Assembly (NCBI GenBank): GCA_051251855.1
Contig: JBPOGI010000001.1
Coordinates: 1,760,001-1,824,000, forward strand
Reading direction: 5' to 3'
Source: Roseibacillus sp.
GTDB lineage: Bacteria; Verrucomicrobiota; Verrucomicrobiia; Verrucomicrobiales; Akkermansiaceae
DNA: 64,000 nt
Made by a program: the position numbers and the translations under genes. This document shows, piece by piece, positions 51,910 to 61,593 of the stretch. Within the stretch, counting starts at the first letter, position 1. Every line of letters begins with the position of its first letter. The notes beneath the pieces are model-generated. The model was given only the letters and a program-made list of their open reading frames with translations. It searched no databases and was not told the DNA's origin.

Positions 51910-52785
51910 ATGAAGTCTTTCCTTCCTCTCCTTTTCATCCCGCTCATGGCCTGCAGCTCCCAGAATCAAGAAACCCCTCCCGAGCTCGGCACCGTCCAAT
52001 GGCAAACCGACCACGACAAAGCCCTCGCCCTCTCTGCCAAATCAGGCAAACCCATCTTCCTCCTTTTCCAAGAAGTCCCCGGATGAGGCCCTTGCAAAGT
52101 CTTCGGGTCCGAAGTCCTCAGCCATCCCCTTCTCGTCGAGTCCATCGAAAGCGATTTCATCCCTCTCCTCATTCGCAACAACAAACCCGGCCCTGAGACC
52201 GAACTATTGGAGAAATACAACGAGCCCTCTTGGAACTTTCCAGTTGTCCGCTTCCTTAGTCCAAAAGGCCAAGACCTTCTCCTCCGCAAGGACCGTCAAT
52301 TCAAGGTCGACCAACTCCTTCCACGCATGACCGAGGCTCTCACAAAATCAAAGAGAACCTCCACCATCCTCCCCCTCGTCCAACCCGAAACCGTCCGCCC
52401 CAGACTCATTGCCCTTTCCCAACATTGTTTCTGGACCGGCGAACTCGCCATCGGAGGCATCGAAGGCGTCACCAGAACCGAAGCCGGCTGGCTCAAAGGC
52501 AAAGAAGTTACCCTCGTCTACTTCGATAGAGAAGCCATCACCCAAGAGCAAATCGTCAAACAAGCCCAAGCCGAATCCTGCGCTGACGAAGTCTTCTACG
52601 GAGCCAACCTCAAAGGCTACCGCCCCGCCAGAGACTCCGACCAAAAGCGCCAACTCCAAGGCACCAAATTCGCCAGAATCAAGAACCTCACTCCCTACCA
52701 AAAAACCAAACTCAACGCCTTCGCCCGCACCAACCCCGCCCGGGCCAAAACCTACCTTACCCCTCGGCAAAAAACTCAGCTATGA
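51910..52785 (+). CDS. Selenocysteine-containing thioredoxin-like / MsrA-like lipoprotein (291 aa, Sec59)
   Basis: MKSFLPLLFIPLMAC lipobox; ...FQEVPG-UGA(52084)-GPCKVFGSEVL... continuing in frame with ORF 52207..52785; SECIS-like hairpin; adjacent to selA; CFW MsrA-like motif. Confidence 0.88.
52084..52120 (+). promoter_or_regulatory. Bacterial SECIS-like element
   Basis: Upper stem CUUCG/CGAAG with GGUC loop starting 19 nt after the UGA; lower stem UGAGG/CCUCA. Confidence 0.75.
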
Positions 52786-52833
52786 GACTTCAGCTCATCT
52801 TCACGAACTCTCATTTACACCCCACTTCGCCTG

Positions 52834-53301
52834 CTATCCTATAAACAGCTTCGTAATCACGAGAACCACCGCACAAACCCCAAGCACCAAGGGACTTCGG
52901 ACCAGCCTCTTGGTAGGTTCTGCAATCAAAGAGAGAGCAAAGACCGATCCGACAGCCAGCAACGAACAAAAAACGGGAAAAAGAGAGAGCTCCTCAGGAT
53001 TCGATATCACCAGCGAGAAAAAACCCCCAATGCAAAAAACGATTCCACTCAAAAACACCATCACAAAAACCCAGCGCAATAACTTATCCGCCCAACCATC
53101 CGAATCACTCAATACCTCAGAGCCACTGCTCAACTCTAACTCTACGCCCTCACTCACAAAAACTCTCACCCCTCCCACCGTAAGAGGCCCCCAAAGTGAC
53201 GAGACCGACTCGTCACAGATATCGGCGGCATAGCCTTCGCTCCGGAGTCTTGAAGCGGCAATAGCAGCTTCGATATGGTCGCTGAATACAAGAGTCCTCA
53301 T
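52834..53301 (-). CDS. DUF2007-like membrane protein
   Basis: EAAIAASRLRSEG...GGVRVFV N-terminal domain followed by TM helices. Confidence 0.6.
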   Translation of the reverse strand: MRTLVFSDHIEAAIAASRLRSEGYAADICDESVSSLWGPLTVGGVRVFVSEGVELELSSGSEVLSDSDGWADKLLRWVFVMVFLSGIVFCIGGFFSLVISNPEELSLFPVFCSLLAVGSVFALSLIAEPTKRLVRSPLVLGVCAVVLVITKLFIG

Positions 53302-53400
53302 CTTTAACAAAACTTAAAGAATAGACGTAACTGTAGCAAGAACCAACTTTGTCCCTCTCCCCCAAACGCTCGCGAGACTCTTCTGACTCCCATTGACAAC

Positions 53401-53796
53401 CTATACCGACGCTACAATTTCCGCGAAGAGAGCCGAAGCCCAAAGCCAGAAGCCTGCTAGAATCGGCAGGACGGTTAGATAAGTCACCTTCCCCAATCTC
53501 ACGCTCAAAAGGAGAATCAACACCCCAACAGCAAGAGAGAAAAAGACCCAATATTGAAGCACCTCATACTCATCGAGATTCGTAGCTTGGGCAAAAAACG
53601 AAACAACAATCGGAGAAAGCAAGAGATATCCAACCCACCAAAATGAGACGATTGAGGGAAACTCTAAGGATTTATACTTCGGTATTAGTGAAAACAGACT
53701 CACTAACAATACAATCAATCCTCCTACGGAAAGAAAACCGTAAAGCGATATCGCAATCGAAAACTCGAAAGGTAAAAAGTAAATATCATCGAGCAC
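53401..53796 (-). CDS. Hypothetical membrane protein
   Basis: Four hydrophobic helices; AT-rich. Confidence 0.5.
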   Translation of the reverse strand: MLDDIYFLPFEFSIAISLYGFLSVGGLIVLLVSLFSLIPKYKSLEFPSIVSFWWVGYLLLSPIVVSFFAQATNLDEYEVLQYWVFFSLAVGVLILLLSVRLGKVTYLTVLPILAGFWLWASALFAEIVASV

Positions 53797-53910
53797 AACA
53801 GTTCAAAATAGTAACATTCTTAAAGAATCGACCTCATCGACTGAAAGTCCTCCTGACTTCTATCACGCTCCCTCCACTCGGCAATCCCCCTCACAACCAA
53901 CACCCCAGCC

Positions 53911-54447
53911 TCATTCCTTACTTTTCTTCTCAATTTCCAATGGAAGCTCTGCCTCCATCAAGGAAACTCCCTCAGGTGCAATCCACGTGATCCTGATGGA
54001 CTTCTGAGAAGTGCCTACGAGCGTCTTCTGTAAACAGATGCCAGTCAACTTCATCACCTGCATCATAGTCACCCCAAGGTTGTCGGGCAACTTCGCTTTC
54101 GAGAAGTCTGCAAAGACCTGATGCTCCTTCTCTCCATACTCAGCATAAACACTGCCACCGACAAGAACGACGAGATTGCTTTCGTTAGGAAAGTTCTCGC
54201 TCGCCCCCGCGATTCGATGAGGAAGCGAGATGGCATGAACGACCCCCTCAGGCACGGCCCCTTCCACAATGACCGGACGCGAAACAATAGTCGCCGGAAG
54301 ACTCTCTCCATTCTCGAACGGATCCGAATCCAACTCAGTCCCAAGCAAACTTGTGGGCTGAAAGACCTCTATCAGCATTCGTTCCGCGCTGAGCTGTTGC
54401 GAAAGGAAAGAACCGAGAACAACCGCAGAGATGAGAAGAAACTTCAT
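53911..54447 (-). CDS. Hypothetical secreted protein
   Basis: Signal peptide MKFLLISAVVLG...LSA; ATG at 54447. Confidence 0.6.
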   Translation of the reverse strand: MKFLLISAVVLGSFLSQQLSAERMLIEVFQPTSLLGTELDSDPFENGESLPATIVSRPVIVEGAVPEGVVHAISLPHRIAGASENFPNESNLVVLVGGSVYAEYGEKEHQVFADFSKAKLPDNLGVTMMQVMKLTGICLQKTLVGTSQKSIRITWIAPEGVSLMEAELPLEIEKKSKE

Positions 54448-55057
54448 ATTCGATAAAGAACATATCAACACACCAAACCTAAGAACCAAGAGTATTCTCA
54501 GTAACGCTTCTTTGCGTTCCCTCAACTCCTAAAGCCAAAGAGCGTTCGCCTTCCAATCTTCCTTCTTCTTGGATTCTTGCCAAAGTTCAAACGCCCGTTC
54601 ACGGTCACCAGAAGACGCGCCAGCATACTCAGGACGAGCTGACAAAAAGACCTCCATCTTCGCCGGAACCTTGAAAGCAGGCCAAACCTCCACCTCTTTA
54701 TCGTCCTCAAGTGCGTCATGGTATCTTCTCAAATAGAAAAATCTCGCTCCCAGCCTAATGAGTCCTCTAACAATAGAAAGCCCTACCGGACCTCCAATAC
54801 TTATCTGATCGCCGCCGCCCGAAGTCAGAAAAAAAGCGCAACCAGAACGAAGAGAACTAGGGCAACGCCTCCACCTACAGCAAAGGTTTTCTTCTTGTTA
54901 TCTAACAGAGTCACCACGAACTTCTAGCCCCCCTCTCCTCATCAACCTCCGACTCTTCGACTCAATTTAGTTTCCTATTTAACGTTCTGTTAGCCTCTCT
55001 CTTTACCATGAAGCCCCTTTGTCAATTCTCTTAATCACAAGCAAAAGCTCAGAAGAC

Positions 55058-56455
55058 CTATTGCCGAACAGTGAGTCGGAAGAATTCAGAATCGGCAGAG
55101 GTAAGCGGAGCTACTCGTTCAATGAGGCTCCCGTCGCCCACAAAGGGCTCCATGCAATCACCCCACTCGAACATGTCCTCGCTTTGCTGCCATTGGTAGT
55201 GACGGCCGGCCTCGGTGACAGCCCCCAGAGTGTGAGGTAGAACGGTGAACTCGACATCAGGCACTGGGGGCAACAGTTGAGTGATATCGGTCGTCGGCCA
55301 CGTGATAGTGCCACTATCAAAAATAGCATCAAGAGAACTACGCATCGTCGAAGAATAGCTTCCGGAACTAGGACGCTTGTTAAACATAACCGCGTAGTTG
55401 ATCCCATCTCCACGCTGGCGCGCCAGTGCGTTGGTACCTGTCAAGGAACCAGTATGATTCCAGCGCCACCCGCCCGGGCTAGGACGTGGTCCTCCGATAT
55501 CGGCTCCTGCAATTTGATAGCGGTGCAACTGCCGTAGAAGGACGTAACCATGGGCCACGATTCTTCCCTGCCCCGTCCGCGCCTCGAAATCGAACCCTCC
55601 ATAGGGCCAGTTCACAAAGGCATCATCGCTTAGAGCAGGATAGAACACGTTATTTGCATTAAATTGATAATCGTAAAACGGCTCACGCGCGTCCTGTTCT
55701 GAAGCAAAAGTGCGCCCCAGAAGCCAATCGTTCCCGTCTGACCCCTCTGGGCCCATAATATTGTTCTGAAGAAAGCTGCGATAGTCCGTTCCGGATACCT
55801 CTTCGACGATCAGCCCAAGAAGAAGATAGCCGATATTCGAATAGGCATAGGTCGATCCTGGTTCGTTCTGGAGCGGCTGCCCCATGATGTAGCGAACCGT
55901 GTTCTCTCGCCCGGGAGGACTCGGCACATCCATCGCGGCAGCAATCGCCCTATCCATATAAGTCAAATCTCCCGCCACTCCCCGGTCCCAGCCGCCGTAA
56001 TGCCGAAGCAGGTGATCGATAGTGATATCACCAAGTCGGGCGTCTGGTGTTCCAAAAGGCACGTAATCGAGAATTCCTACCCCAGGTGTCCCCAAGCTGA
56101 AAACCTTGGTATCGAGAGACAGCAAACCGTCCTCAATCAAGTTGCGAATAGCCGCAGCGGTGAACGGCTTTGTGATACTAGCCACCCGAAAGAGCGCGTC
56201 GGGACGAATCGGCTTCTGCTGCTCAAGGTCTTGCCAACCGTAGGTATGATGAAAAACAATCGTCCCATTTCTCATCACAGAAAGAGACCCCGCAGTAATC
56301 TCATTTGTCTCCATGAAAGTCTTCATCTCGCTATCGAGCACCATCAACTCGGGAACCGGAACACCGACAACTGGAATTTGAGCCCACAGCAACTGCGATG
56401 GAAAAAGAATAAGCAGACTGGCGAGATCCATCGCAATACCGGGCAGAGATTTCAT
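55058..56455 (-). CDS. Serine hydrolase (beta-lactamase class C-like)
   Basis: ASITK (SxxK), YSN, HTG motifs; C-terminal EFFRLTV. Confidence 0.88.
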   Translation of the reverse strand: MKSLPGIAMDLASLLILFPSQLLWAQIPVVGVPVPELMVLDSEMKTFMETNEITAGSLSVMRNGTIVFHHTYGWQDLEQQKPIRPDALFRVASITKPFTAAAIRNLIEDGLLSLDTKVFSLGTPGVGILDYVPFGTPDARLGDITIDHLLRHYGGWDRGVAGDLTYMDRAIAAAMDVPSPPGRENTVRYIMGQPLQNEPGSTYAYSNIGYLLLGLIVEEVSGTDYRSFLQNNIMGPEGSDGNDWLLGRTFASEQDAREPFYDYQFNANNVFYPALSDDAFVNWPYGGFDFEARTGQGRIVAHGYVLLRQLHRYQIAGADIGGPRPSPGGWRWNHTGSLTGTNALARQRGDGINYAVMFNKRPSSGSYSSTMRSSLDAIFDSGTITWPTTDITQLLPPVPDVEFTVLPHTLGAVTEAGRHYQWQQSEDMFEWGDCMEPFVGDGSLIERVAPLTSADSEFFRLTVRQ

Positions 56456-56613
56456 TAATGGCAGCCACCTTAACACACTCTATTCAATCAGATTAGAATT
56501 ATATTAACATTTATTAACAAACTCCCCCTTGAGCAAAACCACCACACTTCAACGCGGGCGAATTTATTGTCCTCCGTCTAGTTATCCTCCAATAAAATAG
56601 CCATTCGTTGAGG

Positions 56614-58764
56614 CTAATCCTGATTGGTAAGCTGAACCCTAACTCTGGAAAAAACCTGAGCGCTTGAGACTGGCTCTTTTATCACAACCCTCTCCCAATC
56701 GGAATCCATGACCTCAACTTCAACCTCCGAAGTGAATGCCTGCCACTCCGTTCCTATGAGGTTTCCGGTAAACTGAGGGGTGTATTCGATATCCCCTGCG
56801 CGACTCCGCACGAACTCTAAATGCCAAGCTGGCATACTCAAATCATCATCAACGAATCTACCAACGGGAAGCCCGCTCGCTCTCCCTTCAGACATCTCCA
56901 ATCCACCGTTCGAATTGGGCGGAATTCCGAATCCATATTTGACAAGATTCGTCATTCCATCGGAGAGCGGCGCAGCCTCTGGGATTCCCGCCAGCCCATA
57001 AAACCCAGATTGACTCGACCAACGTTCGTAACCAGACAGCTCGTCCCTACCAGCAAGACGACAGAACAAGAGATCCGACCAACTCCCTCCATAGATCTCG
57101 CGAACACCCCGCAGCTCAGTAGTATATCTCAACTGTCCTTCTCCGTTGTCACCCCACGCCACAACCGATCCATCAGCTTTGAGAGCCGCTGAGTAGGTTT
57201 GTCCTGCAGCAATATCAACAACCCCGCTCAGCCCTACCGGAACTGAAATTTGGCCATAGTGATTTTCGCCCCATGCCTCCACGGTTCCGTCGCTTTTAAG
57301 AGCTATCAGATGGGAATCCCCAACCTCAATATCCACTACATCTGACAGATCGGACGGCAAGTTTGGGATGGCAAATGATTCTCCCCATACCTCAATTCTC
57401 CCCTCCGAACGAAGCGCTGCAGAAAAGTGATAAGAGGCGACGACTTTTGTCACGGAAGATAAACCACTGGGAACTGAAATCCGATAACCAGCAGTTGGAG
57501 AATACTCCCACGCGACCACCGTCCCATCATCTCGGAGACCAACGACATGAAATCGGCCTGTGGCGATCTGCGTCAGCGGTCCAATTCCAACCGGTGTCAT
57601 TGGCTGACCATTAGAAGACTGACCCCAGCCGACGACAGTACCATCGGCTCGAAGTGCTATGCTGTATTTCTCACCTGCCCCTACCGCTATCACTTGGTCC
57701 AATTCAGGGGGTACATCCAGCTGACCATACCCATTTTGCCCCCAAGCAACGACGGTTCCATCGGCCTTCAGCCCAACGCAGTGATGAGAACCTGCCGCAA
57801 CTTCTTCAAGTCTAACCAACCGGTGAGGAACCGTACTCTGGCCATCGAATGGCCGTCCCCATGCAAAGACCCGACCATGATTGCTCAATCCGACCACATG
57901 CTGAAAACCCGCATCCACTTCCTTAAAGCCTTCAGGAACCTCCGGAGCAACACACTGCCCATAGAAATTGCCTCCCCAGCACACCACAGTGCCATCACTC
58001 TTAAGAGCAACAGAGAAATCACTTCCCGCGGCAACTGAAATCACGTCGGTCAGCCCAGCTGGCACCGCGGCCTGCCCATCAGCGATGTTCGTCGTTCTTC
58101 CCCTCCCCCATCCAACCACCGTTCCGTCATCCTTAAGGGCGAGGGTATGATAGTCACCTGCATCAATCGCCACCACTCCCGATAGACCGACAGGAGGTCG
58201 TCCCTGCCCCTGAGAAGTGCCTCCCCATGAGACCACGGTTCCATCTGCCTTCAATGCCACCGAATGATACTGACCAGCATCGATCGCAACCACGTCGTTG
58301 AGATTGGTAGGCACCGTGGCCTCATACTGCCCATTGTCACCCCAAGCAACGACCGTTCCATTAGCCATCAAAGCCAGACATTGCCCACGCCCCGTTGCCA
58401 CCTGAATACACTTACCCAATCCTAGCGGGATATCCCCCTCTCCGTTGATTCCTCCCCAGCCCCGAAGAGTTCCATCTTCCAGTAGAACCAGCGATCGAGA
58501 TCCTTTAGAGGACAGAGAAACCACACCAACAAGATTCTCTGGCGCTTCTGATTGGCCCCATATCCAAGGACGACCATCACCTTGAAGAGCGAACGATGAG
58601 GACACTCCAGCGATGACTGAGTTGATCCCCATAAGCAATGGCTCCGAATGCTCTTCCTGGGTGCCACTGAACATCTGACCAGAATACAACCATCCCGGAT
58701 CCTCCCCTCGCACGAAGGAGAGGCTAAAAAGCGGCAGAAGGGCGACGAACCTAAATTGAAGCAT
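56614..58764 (-). CDS. Secreted RCC1-like repeat protein
   Basis: About 14 repeats of AG..H..AL..DGTV..WG.N..GQ; signal peptide from ATG 58764. Confidence 0.88.
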   Translation of the reverse strand: MLQFRFVALLPLFSLSFVRGEDPGWLYSGQMFSGTQEEHSEPLLMGINSVIAGVSSSFALQGDGRPWIWGQSEAPENLVGVVSLSSKGSRSLVLLEDGTLRGWGGINGEGDIPLGLGKCIQVATGRGQCLALMANGTVVAWGDNGQYEATVPTNLNDVVAIDAGQYHSVALKADGTVVSWGGTSQGQGRPPVGLSGVVAIDAGDYHTLALKDDGTVVGWGRGRTTNIADGQAAVPAGLTDVISVAAGSDFSVALKSDGTVVCWGGNFYGQCVAPEVPEGFKEVDAGFQHVVGLSNHGRVFAWGRPFDGQSTVPHRLVRLEEVAAGSHHCVGLKADGTVVAWGQNGYGQLDVPPELDQVIAVGAGEKYSIALRADGTVVGWGQSSNGQPMTPVGIGPLTQIATGRFHVVGLRDDGTVVAWEYSPTAGYRISVPSGLSSVTKVVASYHFSAALRSEGRIEVWGESFAIPNLPSDLSDVVDIEVGDSHLIALKSDGTVEAWGENHYGQISVPVGLSGVVDIAAGQTYSAALKADGSVVAWGDNGEGQLRYTTELRGVREIYGGSWSDLLFCRLAGRDELSGYERWSSQSGFYGLAGIPEAAPLSDGMTNLVKYGFGIPPNSNGGLEMSEGRASGLPVGRFVDDDLSMPAWHLEFVRSRAGDIEYTPQFTGNLIGTEWQAFTSEVEVEVMDSDWERVVIKEPVSSAQVFSRVRVQLTNQD

Positions 58765-58909
58765 TTTAACAGAATGTTGAGCACAGCCAATCCAACTGAC
58801 CCAGCGCACACTTACTATCTCTACCACGAGCCCTCCTCCAGTCAATTTCCGACTCTTTAACACCGACAACTTCGTAGCTCTGCGTTATGTTCTATCCTTA
58901 CTCCATTGC

Positions 58910-59362
58910 TCACTCACCAGAGACCAAGAGATCTACCTGAAACATCGCCGGCGCTTGCTGCTCATAGCCAACTGACCGATAGAAATCGTGAGCCATCTTG
59001 CGGTGGCGGCCAGAGTAAGCCCTGAGCCTCTTAAAACCGATTGAACTGGCCCACACCTCCGCACCTCGAATCAACACACGACCGACACCCCGCCTCCTCC
59101 AACTCTTATCCACGACAAGCGCACCCAATTCTGCGTAGCCCTCACTCTCAAGAAGTCGCACACCATAGACGTGACACCATCCAACGACACCTCCCTCAGC
59201 TTGAGCAACAAATAGCCCGCTATCGCTCGAACCTTTAATCCCATTAAAGCGGTCGACAAACTCGACCCTTGAGACTGGATATCCAAGCTGTTCGCTCAGG
59301 ACTCCAACCCTTACGAAGTCGCAAGGATTCATCTCTCTTGTCAATATCTCGGGCTCTTTCAA
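58910..59362 (-). CDS. GNAT family N-acetyltransferase
   Basis: LVVDKSWRRRGVGRVL, AHDFYRSVGY. Confidence 0.85.
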   Translation of the reverse strand: MKEPEILTREMNPCDFVRVGVLSEQLGYPVSRVEFVDRFNGIKGSSDSGLFVAQAEGGVVGWCHVYGVRLLESEGYAELGALVVDKSWRRRGVGRVLIRGAEVWASSIGFKRLRAYSGRHRKMAHDFYRSVGYEQQAPAMFQVDLLVSGE

Positions 59363-59392
59363 TTATAGGGACATTGGTGAGTAAAGTTTCTG

Positions 59393-59520
59393 AGAGAACG
59401 TTTTAGCATACACAACCCCAATGAATCAGCACGCTTCCACTACTTCTACCACGCGCATCTCCCTAGTCAAACCCCGACTCGCCAGCGAGGTCAAAGTCTT
59501 GATACAGCGTCTTGTTCATC
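59393..59520 (-). other. Degenerate attC-like site
   Basis: On the - strand GATGAAC-aagac-gctgtatc ... tgtatgc-taaaac-GTTCTCT, 128 bp, between two short co-oriented genes; L-box pairing weak. Confidence 0.4.
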
Positions 59521-59567
59521 AGGCTGGAGGTCACTAACTAGCCTTACTATTCTCGGCCCGCGAAAAA

Positions 59568-59876
59568 TTAGTGGATTAGACCACTCGCTTCTGGTCGAGA
59601 CCATGCCCAGAAAGCAACAAGCACGAAAAGCGAACAAGCGAGACTGATACAAACCATCGCCCACGTCTTCTTCATTTCGTAGAGACAGGCACCTAACAAG
59701 GACACAGGAACAACTGCTAGAGTGAAACCAAAAACGACGTTATCCCATAGGCTTCCGTAGACTCGGAAGTTGTCGCTGAACACTAGGATAACCAAAAGCA
59801 TCAGTGCTCCGAGAAACATGGAGATCACTGACGCCAGCCACACCAGAACACGAACGATCAAGCTGTAGGGTTTCAT
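59568..59876 (-). CDS. Small hypothetical membrane protein
   Basis: Three TM helices; ATG 8 nt after a GTTTGGC motif. Confidence 0.55.
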   Translation of the reverse strand: MKPYSLIVRVLVWLASVISMFLGALMLLVILVFSDNFRVYGSLWDNVVFGFTLAVVPVSLLGACLYEMKKTWAMVCISLACSLFVLVAFWAWSRPEASGLIH

Positions 59877-60054
59877 ATTTTCTAGCCAAACAGTGGGTCA
59901 ACTTCGAAAAACTTATATAATCACCTCTTCGCAGTCGAAACTCAAAGCGGCCCCAAGGAAAATTTGAATAACTCAAACCGTTCAGATTCTTGAGGCAGCA
60001 TCTCGCCCCTATATATTGATTCTCTTTAGAGGGCCTTAGTTCTGAGCTCTTCGA

Positions 60055-60924
60055 CTAGCCCAGTTGCCTAGCGGCCTGCAGGGTATTTTTCATCAGCATT
60101 GCGATCGTCATAGGTCCCACCCCTCCGGGCACGGGAGTAATCGCTTCGCAGAGCTCGGCAACTTCTTCGAAGGCAACGTCACCAGTGAGGCGATAGCCAC
60201 GCTTCTTACTCAAGTCCTCTACTCGATTGACTCCGACGTCGATGACAACGGCACCCGGCTTGACAAAGTCTTTGGTGATCATCTCGGGGCGTCCGACTGC
60301 CGCGACGAGAATATCAGCCCGACGACAAACACCGGCTAAATCATTCGTGCGCGAGTGCGCAATCGTGACGGTGGCATCCGCGCCCTTGGCGACCATGAGC
60401 AACGCCATTGGCTTCCCCACAATCATACTACGTCCAACGACGACGACCTCTTTGCCCGCTGTCTCAATTCCGTATTCCTCGAGCAAGCGCATACAACCCG
60501 CTGGAGTGCAGGCCACGTAGCCAGTCGGATCTTCCAAAGTCAATTTTGCTACATTCTCGGGATGAAACCCATCAACATCTTTAGCCGGATTGATCGCCTT
60601 CACAACTTTCGCCTCATCAATCTGCGGCGGAAGCGGCGACTGCACCAAAATCCCGTGCACAGCGGCATCAGCATTCAAGTCCGACACCACCTTCATCAAT
60701 TCTTCCTCCGAAGCCTCTACCGGCAGCACAATCTTGCGCGAGTAGATTCCCAAGTCTTCACAAGTCTTCACCTTGGAGCCCACGTAAACCTGAGAAGCCG
60801 GATCCTCCCCCACCAGCACCACGGCCAATCCAGGGGTGACTCCACTTTCCTTCAATGCCCGCACTTCCGCTCGACATTCTTCCAAGACTTTCGCCGACAC
60901 GGCTTTACCATCAATTCGTTTCAT
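60055..60924 (-). CDS. folD: Methylenetetrahydrofolate dehydrogenase / cyclohydrolase
   Basis: [33 protein letters not shown]. Confidence 0.97.
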   Translation of the reverse strand: MKRIDGKAVSAKVLEECRAEVRALKESGVTPGLAVVLVGEDPASQVYVGSKVKTCEDLGIYSRKIVLPVEASEEELMKVVSDLNADAAVHGILVQSPLPPQIDEAKVVKAINPAKDVDGFHPENVAKLTLEDPTGYVACTPAGCMRLLEEYGIETAGKEVVVVGRSMIVGKPMALLMVAKGADATVTIAHSRTNDLAGVCRRADILVAAVGRPEMITKDFVKPGAVVIDVGVNRVEDLSKKRGYRLTGDVAFEEVAELCEAITPVPGGVGPMTIAMLMKNTLQAARQLG

Positions 60925-61580
60925 CGGTCACCGAGATTCAAGCTGTCTCGCATCACTTCCTCCACCTTTTTCCGCTCCATCTCGAATTCTTCTCGTCCTA
61001 ATTTACGGGGAATGCCTATTTCCGGCCCAAAAGTGACCTGAACCTTCGAAAATGGCTTCGGAATCTGAAACTTGTCCCAAGACCCGAGTGCCCAGAAGCT
61101 CTCGTAATTCACCAGAAACGGAATGATCGGAACTCCAGTCAGGGAGGCCAGCTTCACGATTCCTGGCTGAACCACATACCGAGGACCTCGAGGACCATCG
61201 GGCGTAATACAAACGTGCTTCCCAGCCTCGATTTCTTTCTTGAGGGTCACCAAGGCCGCCGCACCGCGCCGCGAGGACGAACCACGAACTGAACCTAACC
61301 CAAAACACTCCATCGCCGCCGCCAGCGAAGCCCCGTCTTTACTCGCACTGGTCAGAACCACCCCGGGTCGCAATGCCAACCACGGGGCAGCAGCCGCGGC
61401 CGCTCCAATCATCCGATTGTGATAGAGGGCAAAAATACACGGGCCCTTGGTGGAAGGACCATTACACTCGTAGGCAGTCGACAGCCGCAGAGTCTTCGCC
61501 AATGAGACTGCAAACCAGCCTGCGGCACTTCCTACGGCAGATGCCTTCCAATCTCCTCTCACCTCGTTTTTCTTACTCAT
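60921..61580 (-). CDS. DUF374 / lysophospholipid acyltransferase family protein
   Basis: [37 protein letters not shown]. Confidence 0.88.
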   Translation of the reverse strand: MSKKNEVRGDWKASAVGSAAGWFAVSLAKTLRLSTAYECNGPSTKGPCIFALYHNRMIGAAAAAAPWLALRPGVVLTSASKDGASLAAAMECFGLGSVRGSSSRRGAAALVTLKKEIEAGKHVCITPDGPRGPRYVVQPGIVKLASLTGVPIIPFLVNYESFWALGSWDKFQIPKPFSKVQVTFGPEIGIPRKLGREEFEMERKKVEEVMRDSLNLGDR

Positions 61581-61593
61581 CTCATCCTCTCCA

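Noticed and set aside
52207..52785. Stand-alone 192-aa ORF starting at TTG
   Set aside because: It is the 3' part of the read-through selenoprotein starting at 51910
52783..52830. Second UGA of the selenoprotein as another Sec codon
   Set aside because: No SECIS-like hairpin or redox motif context; treated as the true stop
54522..54945. Fragmented short ORFs
   Set aside because: Possibly a decayed gene, but no family could be assigned
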